A DNA stretch of 63,258 nucleotides, the filler included, from Octopus bimaculoides (Eukaryota), in assembly GCF_001194135.2 (NCBI RefSeq). It is 8 parts of 8 records of this genome, joined end to end, with 100 filler letters (N's around TTAATTAATTAA, not from the genome) between each part and the next. Parts side by side here need not be neighbours in the genome. Positions count along the whole stretch, not along the records: positions 26,664 to 46,206 come from NC_069000.1; positions 46,307 to 49,920 come from NC_068995.1; positions 50,021 to 53,728 come from NC_068981.1; 5 more parts are not named here. One strand, given 5' to 3'. This document shows, one piece after another, positions 37,664 to 51,204 of this stretch; within the stretch, counting starts at the first letter, position 1, and each line of letters starts with the position of its first letter. The notes under the pieces were generated by a model, which worked only from the letters and a program-made list of their open reading frames with translations, was not told the DNA's origin and made no database searches. A program made the translations under genes and the position numbers.

Positions 37664-38632
37664 TGGGTGTGTGTATTTGTATATGTGTATGGGTAAGTAT
37701 CTGTAAGAATCCGAGCATGCGCTGCCAATTTCTTTCTTTTATCTTCTTTCTTAGAAAAGGTTATATCACTGTTCTGTCTCACCTAATGTTTTGACACACT
37801 AAATAGAAAAAAAAAAAAAATCACACACACACACACACACACAAACAAAAAAGAAGCAAGAAAAACTAAGCGCAAAAACAGAAGCAGTCGATGGTAAGTC
37901 GTTCTTTGCTGACGTCATCATGTAGAGTAGCCAATGATGAAAGGGAACGTCATCTCGTTCAGGACCTGGTGAGGATGGTAAGCGGTGCATCATTTCATCG
38001 GCCGACATTTACTTACTTTAAATCGGTGATATGTTAGAGTACCGATGTTCACCCCGACTTTATCGTTGCACCACTTCGTGATAGGCGGTGTGATACCGCT
38101 GTGTTCACACACACTCACACGGACGAGCGCGCGCATACGCGCAAACACACACACTTACACACACAGATATACCTGTAGCTGCTTACACAAACATTTTCGT
38201 AAGAATTCAAACACAGGTAATGATGTGTTTTTTTGTTTTGTTTTTATCTTTTACTGTCAGACTGCGACAACCTTATGTTGGAACACCAGCTGTGTCTGTG
38301 GCAAACAGTACAGACTAGGATTGGTTGCTTCGGCATTGACGACACCAAATTCTTCAAAGATTAACACAATAACATTCTAGCATCGTTGTTGACGTTGTTG
38401 TGCGCCAAATCTATCACGGACGTTTCCCCCAAAATCTTTCCCAACACACGTGTTTTTATGTTTGTCTAAACAACAACTTAGTACGTATTCCGATCATATG
38501 TGCTAAATAATCGTCGTGCTAAATAACAAGTGAGGGTATTTGGGGATAGCATACGGTAATTTGTTAATTTCATTTCCAAGACATGCAAATATCACGAAAG
38601 ATCTGTGATATTGCACTACTATATGCCATTAT

Positions 38633-39016
38633 GGAGGCGCAATGGCCCAGTGGTTAGGGCAGCGGACTCACGATCAAAGGATCGCGGTTTCGATTCCCAG
38701 ACCGGGTGTTGTGAGTGTTTATTGAACGAAAACACCTACAGTTCCACGAGGCTCCGGCAGGGGATGGTGGCGAATCCTGTTGTACTCTTTCACCACAACT
38801 TTCTCTCACTCTTACTTCCTGTTTCTGTTGTGCCTGTAATGCAAAAGGGTCAGCCTTGTCACACTGTGTCACGCTGAATATCCCCGAGAACTACGTTAAG
38901 GGTACACGTGTCTGTGGAGTGCTCAGCCACTTGCACGTTAATTTCACGAGCAAGCTGTTCCGTTGATCGGATCAACTGGAACCCTCGACGTCGTAAGCGA
39001 CGTGTTGACAACGACA
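38633..39016 (+). mobile_element. Full-length family C SINE
   Basis: 12-bp TSD ATATGCCATTAT at 38621-38632 and 39017-39028. Confidence 0.92.
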
Positions 39017-39238
39017 ATATGCCATTATAAGAGTTTCAAAGATAAAATATGAGGGTTCAAATCCACTGCTAACGGAATATTTCATTGTAATTTCGCTTCA
39101 GTTGACGTAGCTTTCGGGAACAGGTAGTAACGGCTGGTATCCTACACAGGTGGGAATTTGTGTGATCGACGTCAATCCGACTTTATTGTTGCACCCTTTC
39201 GTGATAGGTGACGTGACACTGCTGTGTGTGTGTGCGTG

Positions 39239-39287
<49 letters not shown>

Positions 39288-39399
39288 TTTTCACTGAGTT
39301 CAAGTCTCGCAAAAGTAAACTATGCCTTTTTTGCCTTTGGTGGGCGAAAAAATGCAAAAGAAATCAAGTGCTGTGGGTTTGGGAGAATCGTTCGAACCG

Positions 39400-39910
39400 A
39401 AATTTTTGGAGAGGGGGGAACCAGTCGATTAGATCGACTCCAGTACACAACTGGTACTTAATTTATCGACCCCCGAAAGGATGAAAGGCTAAGTCGACTT
39501 CGGCGGAATTTGAACTCAGCGATATTTCGTCTGTCTTGACGCTCTAAGCATTTCGCCCGGCGTGCTAACGTTTCTGCCAGCTCACCGCCTTTCATAGTAT
39601 CACGTTTCGACTGTCTAACAGTGTATGCTATGTTATTTTAGTGGTTAGCTCTCTCCTGGAGTTATGTGCTGCTGCATCAGCTGTATTTAAGGGGTGATTC
39701 TGTAGGGTTTGTAGTGTGTGAATTGCCTTACTTTATTGAATGATGATCGTAAAGGATGTGTGTCCATTGGTACTTATTTTATTATCGACCCTGAAAGGAT
39801 GAAAGACTAAGTCGACCTCAGTGATATTCGTACTCAGAACGTAAAAAACTGGAAAAAATATCGCTAATCATTTTTGTCCGGCGCGGTAACGATTCCTCCA
39901 GCTCGCGGCT
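39400..39910 (-). mobile_element. Two family A SINE copies (39400-39592, 39770-39910)
   Basis: GGTACTTAATTTATCGACCCCGAAAGGATGAAAGGCTAAGTCGAC cores. A third copy is at 40640-40850. Confidence 0.8.
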
Positions 39911-39956
39911 TTTGGGTTACTACTAATAATTCGATCAACTTTCTCTAAGGAGGCAT

Positions 39957-40337
39957 TGTTGGCACTCCGTCGCTTACGACGTCGTGGGTTCCAGTTGATC
40001 CGATCAATGGAACAGCCTGCTCGTGAAATTAACGTGCAAGTGGCTGAGCACTCCACAGACACGTGTACCCTTAACGTAGTTCTCGGGGATATTCAGCGTG
40101 ACACAATGTGACAAGGCTGACCCTTTGAATTACAGGCACAACAGAAACAGGAAGAAAGAGTGAGAGAAAGTTGTGGTGAAAGAGTACAGCAGGGTTCGCC
40201 ACAATCCCCTGCCGGAGCCTCGTGAAGCTTTAGGTGTTTTCGCTCAATAAACACTCACAACGCCCGGTCTGGGAATCGAAACCGCGATCCTATGACCACG
40301 AGTTGGCTGCCCTAACCACTGGGCCATTGCGCCTCCA
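39957..40337 (-). mobile_element. Full-length family C SINE
   Basis: TSD CTCTAAGGA(G/A)GCAT at 39943-39956 and 40338-40351. Confidence 0.92.
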
Positions 40338-41249
40338 CTCTAAGGAAGCATACCAATGATACAAACAACAACAGCAGCGACGGAAAGACTCGCTGCCATT
40401 TCATCGATTTTAGCCCTTATGATGTGAACCTTTAGTAATATAATTGCCAGAAGACAGTAGGTAGGGTCTAATGCAAATTTTGCACCTGTTTCGTTTTGAA
40501 AACTCTGTGGTGTCTTACTAAGGAAGCATACCATTTTATTTCAGCCGGAATAAATAAACATCATTCATCATAAATGCCAAATATCACTTCTCGATTAGAA
40601 GCATTTTTATTACGAATGCAGCGTGGACGACACAAACTGATTTCAAATTTCGGCACGAGACCAGCAATTGAAGAGGATAGGATAAGTGGATTACATCAAC
40701 CCCAGCGCTCAACTGCTGCTTATTTTATCAACCCCGAACATATGAAAGGCAAATCCGCCTCGCCTGAATTTCAACTCAGAACATAAAAACGGATGAAATG
40801 CCGCTAAGCATTTTGTCCGGCGCGCAAACGATTCTGCCAGCTGCCTCTTTAAGAAAACCATTAATTACAGAAACAATAAAGTAACATCATTGATCATATA
40901 TGCTAAGTATCAATTCTCGATTAAAAACATTCTAAATCCAACGTGGAAGACACGTATTAACCATTCAAAAGAACACAAGAACTGTAAACTTCCCTTAGGC
41001 ATTTATCATCTGGCGTCAAAATTTTCCTCAAGCTAACTGCGACTGGTCACTGAACCTTGACAGTCACCAGGTCACTGGTGTTGCGACGAAAATTTTGACA
41101 CTGTATATATAATAATTAATAAATATTTAAATGCAGTAACCAGTCTACGTCTGCTTTTAAATGGCTAACATGTGTCTTTCACGCTGCAATCGTTTTAGTT
41201 TCAACACACTCTCTCAGATCAAATCACTCGCATTGCAAGTACACCGAAA

Positions 41250-41510
41250 TGTACTCTTTCCCGATTTCTATGGCGTATGTGTTCTCCCCAGCTAGACAGG
41301 ATGCCAGTCCATCGCAGTGTTACTCAAGAAACAGGAAGAAAGAGTGAGAGAAAGTTGTGACAAAAGAGCACAACAGGTGTCGTCACCACCCCAGCCGGAG
41401 CTTCGTAGAGCTTTAGGTGTTTTCGCTCCATAAACACACACAACGCCTGGTCTGGGAATTGAAACGGCGATCCTCCGTTCGCGAGTCCGCTGCCCTAACC
41501 ACTGGGCCAA
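41250..41510 (-). mobile_element. Family C SINE head and body with a different 3' module
   Basis: Follows family C up to CTTCCTGTTTC, then TTGAGTAACACTGCGATGGACTGGCATCCTGTCTAGCTGGGG, which is absent from the other copies. Confidence 0.7.
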
Positions 41511-42477
41511 AGCGCGTCCACAAGATTGTCATTAGTGATTGCTTATTAATGAAGTTTAGTTTTTGTTATTCTTATAGTCTTCTTTTGTTTCAGACATTAG
41601 ACTGCGGCCAAGTTNNNNNNNNNNNNNNNNNNNNNNNNNNNNNNNNNNNNNNNNNNNNNNNNNNNNNNNNNNNNNNNNNNNNNNNNNNNNNNNNNNNNNN
41701 NNNNNNNNNNNNNNNNNNNNNNNNNNNNNNNNNNNNNNNNNNNNNNNNNNNNNNNNNNNNNNNNNNNNNNNNNNNNNNNNNNNNNNNNNNNNNNNNNNNN
41801 NNNNNNNNNNNNNNNNNNNNNNNNNNNNNNNNNNNNNNNNNNNNNNNNNNNNNNNNNNNNNNNNNNNNNNNNNNNNNNNNNNNNNNNNNNNNNNNNNNNN
41901 NNNNNNNNNNNNNNNNNNNNNNNNNNNNNNNNNNNNNNNNNNNNNNNNNNNNNNNNNNNNNNNNNNNNNNNNNNNNNNNNNNNNNNNNNNNNNNNNNNNN
42001 NNNNNNNNNNNNNNNNNNNNNNNNNNNNNNNNNNNNNNNNNNNNNNNNNNNNNNNNNNNNNNNNNNNNNNNNNNNNNNNNNNNNNNNNNNNNNNNNNNNN
42101 NNNNNNNNNNNNNNNNNNNNNNNNNNNNNNNNNNNNNNNNNNNNNNNNNNNNNNNNNNNNNNNNNNNNNNNNNNNNNNNNNNNNNNNNNNNNNNNNNNNN
42201 NNNNNNNNNNNNNNNNNNNNNNNNNNNNNNNNNNNNNNNNNNNNNNNNNNNNNNNNNNNNNNNNNNNNNNNNNNNNNNNNNNNNNNNNNNNNNNNNNNNN
42301 NNNNNNNNNNNNNNNNNNNNNNNNNNNNNNNNNNNNNNNNNNNNNNNNNNNNNNNNNNNNNNNNNNNNNNNNNNNNNNNNNNNNNNNNNNNNNNNNNNNN
42401 NNNNNNNNNNNNNNNNNNNNNNNNNNNNNNNNNNNNNNNNNNNNNNNNNNNNNNNNNNNNNNNNNNNNNNNNNNNNA

Positions 42478-42923
42478 AGGATTTAAGAATATTCCTTTCC
42501 ATTTCGTGCAAAATTTGGTTTAATCGCTCTTCATCGAACTCAACTGGACGGCCAGAACGATGTGCGTCTTTGAGGTCAAAATTTCCATTTTTGAACTTGG
42601 CATACCAATTATGAGCGATTCTTTCAGCTATGGCACCCTCTCCATACATAGCACAAATGTCGTGAGCAGCTTTTGCAACCTGAGAACCTTGATTAAAAGC
42701 AAAAAGAAAGAGGTGTCGTAAATGCTCGTTTTTCTTAACTTGACATTCCATTTTAATGATCTGAAAATAAACAAAAATTAATCAAAATTAACTAGAAAAA
42801 AAGCAAAATAGATTCCAAAATGATTAAAAAATAGAATTCTCGGAAAAAAATAGATTCCAAAATTTAAAAACGCAATAAATTCCAAAATTTAAAAGAACGG
42901 CGGGAACTTATTTTCCAACTCAA

Positions 42924-42925
<2 letters not shown>
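42478..42925 (-). mobile_element. mariner transposon, 5' end (rest in the gap or deleted)
   Basis: MECQVKKNEHLRHLFLFAFNQGSQVAKAAHDICAMYGEGAIAERIAHNWYAKFKNGNFDLKDAHRSGRPVEFDEE (Mos1/Famar-like HTH, 42751 downward). TIR TA-TTGAGTTGGAAAATAAGTT. Confidence 0.9.

Positions 42926-42987
<62 letters not shown>
42924..42987. repeat. (ATCT)n microsatellite seeded at the mariner TA target site
   Basis: Direct reading. Confidence 0.95.
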
Positions 42988-43216
42988 ATTTAATCTACTA
43001 ATAGTTCTTTGACATTAAGACACGTGTGTAGGTAGGGCTTTTTTATAATGTGCGTGACTTGTGTCTGAGCACATGCTCAGAGCCTGAAGATTGCTTTAAT
43101 GGCAAGAAACACTTGGTAGCTGTTATTTTAATACAATGTACATGACATCAGATGATATTTGTCTCCCACTGGATGGGATACTTTGTGCTGATCCTACCTT
43201 AACGGAACAGTAAACT

Positions 43217-43250
<34 letters not shown>

Positions 43251-44171
43251 CCATATGTGTGTGTGTGCGCGCGCGAGTGTGTCTATCTTTGTATTTGTGT
43301 GTGTTCTCACCACCGTTTCAAAAACCGGTGTTGGCTTGCTTACACCCTCGTAACTTCGCTGTTTCGGTATAAAAGAGATCGATAGCATAATAGAATAAAA
43401 GACGAATTGAATTGAAATTTAAAAAAGAAACAAAAAAAAAAAACCGTAAGTACTGAGGCCAGTTTGTTGGACCTTCGAAATGGTGCTCCAGCATGGCCGC
43501 AGTCATCGACAGTAAACAAACGCGGCAAGGACTGCTCTCGTTTCCACGAGTATTTTCGTAATAATCCTGACAGAAATACAAAGCAACAAAGCGGTTGTCA
43601 GAACAGACGTAAAAACGACAAGATTTTCGACTTCATCCATCAATCGTTTACAGGAAGTTTCTTCAAAGTCTTGTGACAGTGATAATTAATTCTACTGTAA
43701 AACACTCTTCTCTTGACATCGTTCCTCGTTGTGTTGCATTGTTCGGCTCATTATCAATATATATTCTAATAAAACAGACATCTTCATACTATCGTAAACT
43801 GTAAGTAAGCAAATAGGTGAGGCGTTCACTTAGAAAATGGCGCATAGTTCGGAATACGTCAGTCAGCCGGCTTTCGTTTAGTATTATATCGCCAACTGCT
43901 ACTTATAATGTCTATTTGTACTTTGCATACATTACGCACAACAAGCGCGCGCACACACACGCTCACAGAGTCACATATATGTAATAATCAATGCTAAATA
44001 ATCGCTAAGATTTATTTTGTTCCTTTGTTCTTTTTATAAATAAACTGAATCCTAGATGTAAGATTTCTTTGTATTATTTGCTAATACCAATAATGCATCT
44101 ATTATACAGTCTTTATATTACTTTAATATTACTGCACTCTGCGTTATGTCCTATTATTATCAATATTATTA

Positions 44172-44492
44172 AAGCGGAGTGTTCGCAGAAAGGTTAGCAC
44201 GCCGAGCAAAATGCTTAGCGGTATTTCGTCTGTTTTTTGCTTTCTGAGTTCAAATTCCACCGAGGTCGACTTTGCCTTTTATCCTTTCGGGGTCGATAAA
44301 TTAAGTACCAGTTGAGTACTGGGGTCGACGTAGAAAAGTTTAATATTATTATTAAGATGGCGAGTTTGCAGAATCGTTAGTACGCCAGGCAAAATGCTGA
44401 GCGGTATTTTTCGCCCATCACTGCTTTCTGAGTTCAAATTCCACCGAGGTCGACTTTGCCTTTCAACCTCTCGGGATCGATAAATTAAGTAC
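44172..44492 (+). mobile_element. Two tandem 3'-truncated family A SINEs
   Basis: Two heads each followed by CTGAGTTCAAATTCCACCGAGGTCGACTTTGCCTTT. Confidence 0.85.
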
Positions 44493-45639
44493 TTTTGGTC
44501 TTGAAAAGATTATTAGTATTATGGAGTGAGAGAGGAGTGCATGCCATCAAAGTGACACTGGGGCACAGATATACGAAGCCCAATATNNNNNNNNNNNNNN
44601 NNNNNNNNNNNNNNNNNNNNNNNNNNNNNNNNNNNNNNNNNNNNNNNNNNNNNNNNNNNNNNNNNNNNNNNNNNNNNNNNNNNNNNNNNNNNNNNNNNNN
44701 NNNNNNNNNNNNNNNNNNNNNNNNNNNNNNNNNNNNNNNNNNNNNNNNNNNNNNNNNNNNNNNNNNNNNNNNNNNNNNNNNNNNNNNNNNNNNNNNNNNN
44801 NNNNNNNNNNNNNNNNNNNNNNNNNNNNNNNNNNNNNNNNNNNNNNNNNNNNNNNNNNNNNNNNNNNNNNNNNNNNNNNNNNNNNNNNNNNNNNNNNNNN
44901 NNNNNNNNNNNNNNNNNNNNNNNNNNNNNNNNNNNNNNNNNNNNNNNNNNNNNNNNNNNNNNNNNNNNNNNNNNNNNNNNNNNNNNNNNNNNNNNNNNNN
45001 NNNNNNNNNNNNNNNNNNNNNNNNNNNNNNNNNNNNNNNNNNNNNNNNNNNNNNNNNNNNNNNNNNNNNNNNNNNNNNNNNNNNNNNNNNNNNNNNNNNA
45101 TATGTATGTATATATATATATATATATACTATCGTCACACACGCATACACACGCGTGACCGCGCACACATATATGTATTGAATTGCAGTAGAATGTATAT
45201 CGATTATATTTTGAAATGATCGAAACAGTATTATTTCAGTCGCTTGCAGCCGCCTTCGAAGTCAACGGATACATCACACAAGGCATTGACATCATGATTC
45301 ATAGATGAGATAATCACTCACCCCTCTGTAAAGTTAACGTGATAATCTGATGTCATTTCAGAGAATAGCAAACCCATCATTCTGGTGTTCTCATTTGTAA
45401 CAGCTTTTCAGCAGCGACACGAAGGCTAACCGATTACAAACCAACGAATCTAAATGTCAACTGGAAACAGGATATCTATGAATGTAATTGGAGTACGGGT
45501 ATGATACAAGGCAACAAACACCTGAAGTAACTTCGTTCGCTGACTAACGTTTCTGAAAACAGATGTAGAAAAAAAGAGGATTGCGTTGATTTGAAAAGCA
45601 AAAAAAATCATTGGTGAGAGTGAACGTGAGATGTATCTA

Positions 45640-45806
45640 GCACTCAGTCCACTCTGCTGGGTGGTCGGTGTTAGGAACGGCATCCAACCGTAAAAAAGAA
45701 AAGAAAAAACCTGTCAAAATAGATACTGAGGCCTGGGTTCAGTCTTCTACCTCGCCAACTCCTGTCAAAACTTTCAACCCATATCAGCAAAGAAAGCGGA
45801 CGTTAA

Positions 45807-45837
<31 letters not shown>

Positions 45838-45930
45838 CGATGATGATAATGATATTATTGATTGTGGTATCATTGGTGATAGTGATTATGACGATGATGA
45901 GGACGATAATGATGATGATGATGATGACGA
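45640..45930 (+). mobile_element. Diverged family D 3' end with an expanded (GAT)n tail
   Basis: GGTGTTAGGAACGGCATCCAACCGTAAAA...GCGGACGTTAAATGATGATGAT. Confidence 0.65.
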
Positions 45931-46306
45931 TAAAGGAGGAGGATGATGTATTACTTTATGGAGCTGATGTCACGAACACGTTTTTTCACGCTTTGTATAG
46001 CTGACGTCACGATCAGAAGTCACTCCTTCATGACCGTACAGGTCGTGTCGGTTTGATGGAGGGAGCGACCTGATGTGAGCGCTAACATTTGATCACGTTT
46101 AACAAATGATCTGTGCAAGTTTTTCAACAAGAAATTGCAGAACCCTCATAATCCGTCTAATCCGTCCATGATATTAATATATATATATATATATATATGT
46201 TGTTGTNNNNNNNNNNNNNNNNNNNNNNNNNNNNNNNNNNNNNNNNNNNNTTAATTAATTAANNNNNNNNNNNNNNNNNNNNNNNNNNNNNNNNNNNNNN
46301 NNNNNN

Positions 46307-46349
<43 letters not shown>

Positions 46350-46538
46350 GCTTTTCATCAATAAATTTTCTGCTGTAAACATTTCATATTAATGAACATT
46401 TGAGCAATAGTGTTCTCTACTTAGTTGCGCAAACTTATATAAAGTTTTGAGATTTCTGGAGAGCAAGAGGTATTCTAATCACACACAAGTACACACACAA
46501 TTATGTATGTATGTATGCATATATATGCATGTATGTAT

Positions 46539-46597
<59 letters not shown>

Positions 46598-49500
46598 TGT
46601 ATATACATATGTATAATGAAGTTTGGAATTACATCATATCAGTATTTGAGGTTGGCTTTGCTTTTGTGGAATCAGTTATTTAGTAGCAATCAGAGAGTAG
46701 TTTGGAAAGATTTCAAATATAAAAATAAAAGGCAAAGGAAAAACAAAGAAGAAGAAAAAAAATTGATCTGAAGTTTCTATTAATTACACTACAGCGGCAC
46801 CCATCCCTGCCATACACCTTTCAGATATAATGACTACAGACTACAGAGTACAGAGAGCATCGAGATCGAGTTTGCGAGACATTCAGGGTTATCAGGAAAT
46901 GCAAGGATGCACCCGACAGCTGACTTGTCATCTTCTTAATGGAAATACACAGTTGAAAGCTGTGTTTAATGAACAAAATGGAATTGGTTCAACGCAATAC
47001 ATCAGGTTTTATGTTAGAAGAAATCTACGAACGAAAACGAAAAGCAAAAAGCCACGTGCCAAATTTATGTCGGATCTCTTTTGTATAACGTTATGATTTA
47101 TGTTAGTTTTCTAGTTTGACTTTTGACACTTTTTATCGTTTCACCTTTGACCACAATAAAACGGCTATTAGATAAATAAAGAGAACAAGACTATCAAGCT
47201 AATAGAATAACAGTCGTATTATGATTTATGTTTTCTATTTTTCATAATATGTGTGTACACAATGAATTTTATAACTGCCGTAAAATCGAAGTAAAACTTT
47301 CTCTTCAATCAAGACTGAAAGACTTCAAACAAGACATTATTTTATTTAATAAATAATATCAATATATAATATCGATTTTTTTTTTTATAGAGGCACTAAA
47401 ACAAATTTCGTGAACGTTGTGTAGTTGATAACATGTACCTCAAGAGATGAGAAGTTCTGTATTTTAGCGTCCCTGAAACGATGACAGCTGAAGGTAACAA
47501 TTCTAGCTGTACTGAGACTGCATTTTAACGAGATATATATTATATTCTAGCCATACATACATACGTACGCAAATGCATACATACATATATACATACATAC
47601 ATACATACATACATGTGTGTTCGTGCGTGTTTACGCGAGTATGTAAGCATGTATTCATACATATGTTAACAAAATTATATATATGTATAAAAAAAAATAT
47701 AATATATATAAGTATACATGTTTATGTATAAGTTTATGTATGTACGTAAATATATATATANNNNNNNNNNNNNNNNNNNNNNNNNNNNNNNNNNNNNNNN
47801 NNNNNNNNNNNNNNNNNNNNNNNNNNNNNNNNNNNNNNNNNNNNNNNNNNNNNNNNNNNNNNNNNNNNNNNNNNNNNNNNNNNNNNNNNNNNNNNNNNNN
47901 NNNNNNNNNNNNNNNNNNNNNNNNNNNNNNNNNNNNNNNNNNNNNNNNNNNNNNNNNNNNNNNNNNNNNNNNNNATATATATATATATATATATAAATCT
48001 CAAGCGAGATTTTAAGAAGAATGCTGCGATGGAGAAGGTGAATCTCAGTGACTTTTTTGTGTGCACAGCTTGTGACAGACCCAAGATGGTTCGCAGTTTG
48101 GCCAAACTCGAAACGACGTGGTTAGAAAGCGAGTTTCTTAACCATAGACCCGTTTCAGCGCCAATATTTTAATTCAAATCCTTCATCTTGACATATTTCG
48201 TTTGATACGGTTGTTATTTTATTGCGCAGCCGGAGATTTTACTATTGATATTCTTTGTATCTTAGATATCTTTGCTTCAGTAATAAAACTAAACGAAAAC
48301 AGAAAAACAAAGGGAAAATAGCAGCAAATGAATTACATGCTTTGATAAACATCTGCTGTATTTTTATTGAGAATATAAATATAAATTCCGGTATAGAACC
48401 ATAGGAGGCTGGTAAAAAAAAAAAATAAACATTGTTTTATGGTCAGTAAACAGAATTCTACAAATTCCTGAGGTCAAAGTTGAACGGAACTAAAAAATAA
48501 CTTCCAATTGCTGTAGCAACAAGATGGCAAAATGCTGAGTCGTTAAAGACTCAGTTAAAATTGACTCGCGGTTTTTTTTTTTTTTTTTTTTGCTTTGACC
48601 CGTTCCTCTTTCAGATCAAATCCCACCGTGGTCAACTTTGTTTTTCCTCATTTCAGGTCAATTAAAAATTTTCCAATCCAGAGCGGTCGATTAGCAAGTT
48701 TGTAAGCACATCGGACTGGATAACATGCGGTACTTGATCCGGCGCTTTGTATTCTGAGCTCAAGTCCTGCTATAGTCACCGAAAGTGGTACACTTAATCC
48801 GTCACCCTGTATAACACCGCCACCAGCTGGCACTTTGACAACATCAGCAAAAATCCATTGTGTTGCATGCATGTGAGTTAGATTTGACGTTCTGGTTACC
48901 TTCTTCCCCGCCCCCATTCACCACTCTCACTCGTCGACATTCGATGTCTGAAAGACTAAGAAAAATGAACTGTAAGTCTTACACATTTAATGCAACAACA
49001 GATCTTGGTTGATCTCGTCAGAAAAACCTTACCAACAACTGAACGACATTTATTAAAACGCAAAAAGGTAATGTAATCTACAAGTAATTACTTTGTTTCT
49101 GCTCATTAATGTTTTGACCAAACATAAAAATTGGGATGCAAATTTTGACACAAGGCCAGCAATTTCGAGGGGAGGGGTAAGTCGATTACATCGACCCCAG
49201 AACTCAACTGCCGCCTATTTTATTGACAATGGAAGGATTAAAGGCAACGTCTACCGCACCGGAATTTGGCTTTGCTGCTATGCATTTCTCCCGGCGTGCT
49301 AACGATTCTGCTGGTTGGCTGCCTCAACCAGACACAAATATTAAACTACATTATGTCTATTATTACAGAATGATCGGTGACTGGGGATAAGAAAACTCAT
49401 ATAAAAAAACAATTGAATATAAATGGGTCTTATTTAAGAGAAAATACGTTATTTCAAATGACCCATTGTAAATGTACCAAACTGTACAAATGATTACTGG

Positions 49501-49888
49501 TACAGCTTTTCAAGTGAATCACACCGCGGTTGACCCAAGTGCGCATCAACTTGACTAAGTGTTGTTTCCCATAGATCCACGTGAAAGAAAGCCATCTGAT
49601 TAGACCGTAAGGCAGCCCATCGAAAGAGATATTCTTTTTCTTATATATTAAATTCAATCTGTCAGTCGGGTTTAACACTCCTATGTTACAATCGGATAAT
49701 TTTATCACAAACCAATCTATGCAAGCAACGGATCTAGGTCTCCAGTTTAAGGATAGCTGTCTCTTTTTTTCTTTCTACCAATTCTGAGAAAGAATCACGT
49801 GCGTTGCCCTTTCATTTCTGAAATAATATAGCACAATACAAATTACAGCACACACACAGACACACGCGCACACACACACACGCACACG

Positions 49889-49920
<32 letters not shown>

Positions 49921-50559
49921 NNNNNNNNNNNNNNNNNNNNNNNNNNNNNNNNNNNNNNNNNNNNTTAATTAATTAANNNNNNNNNNNNNNNNNNNNNNNN
50001 NNNNNNNNNNNNNNNNNNNNTATATATATCCAAAGGTATGAAAATGTAAAATATACAAAATATTTAATATATAATGTGTAGAAATATAATTTCATAATTT
50101 TAGGCTCACAGTACACAGTGGGATATTCGAAAGAAATTTTAAATCTGTTAAAGTATTAATAAAATATACAAAAATTATGAAAAGTATATGAAGATTATAT
50201 AAAATCATAAGATATAAGGTTATGAGATATAGGATTTACAAAATATACGAGGGAATATAAGAAATAATCTGAGAGAAGAATTGTAATAAAAGCTATAATA
50301 AAAAAATAGTAAAAAATTACACTAAGAAAATTATTAAAAAAAAAATTATAAGAGTAAGCCTATGAAAGATGCTATACTAAGATATATAAAAAAGGAAATA
50401 AGGTAATATAAAATGAAAACAAAGAAAATATTAGAATGATATTGCATATAATAGAGATAAAATAGAATTAAAATTATCATTAGAAATAGGTTAAGAAAAT
50501 ATATGTTAAATACATCGAAAATCAAGAATTGAGGCATAATAGTAATAGATCATAGAGGG

Positions 50560-51142
50560 TATATTTTATAGTTAGGAGAGATCTGAAAATTATGGAGTCG
50601 TTAGGAAAAATAGTATATTTATATTAACCGTGATAGAATAGATTCACCACTGGGATTAGGTAGGTATATATTACGATTACTAAGAGTTACTAGATCAAAT
50701 GGATTAAAGAGAAACTTTTTAATCCCTCACCCCAATTATGATATGCTAAATAATTATCAGCATCTAAATTATTTAAAGGTACGGGTAATCTTATGAACAA
50801 ATGACAATCTAAGACCTAATTTATGATTAATCAAATTGTTCTTATCTCTATATTCAAAGATTTCATACAATTACATACAACATAGTCTACATCCATATTG
50901 GTTATTTGTGTATGGTCGGGCTCTACGCACTAAATCCCATTTAAGAGTTCCCAGATTTTCGTAGATAAAGAGGTACTATTAGTTTTATTCATAAGTCTAA
51001 AGGATGAAAAATGGTTATTCAATCGTTTTTACAGAGCATCCTGTAAAAATAAAGTTATTATTTTCTGTCAGTATTGTACAATTATAAACAGTATCTCCTG
51101 CTAAACATTGATCTGATAATGAGCAGCGGGATCTTTCCCTAC

Positions 51143-51204
<62 letters not shown>

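Noticed and set aside
41015-41099. 12-bp inverted repeat GTCAAAATTTTC / GAAAATTTTGAC (tiny MITE?)
   Set aside because: No convincing TSD or second copy in the window.
43780-43870. Promoter-like AAAATGGCG / TACGTCA motifs and a GTAAGT donor
   Set aside because: Short motifs expected by chance; no linked gene identified.
46830-47096. 88-aa ORF after a TTTCAG acceptor
   Set aside because: No recognisable domain and no good donor; cannot be supported without expression data.
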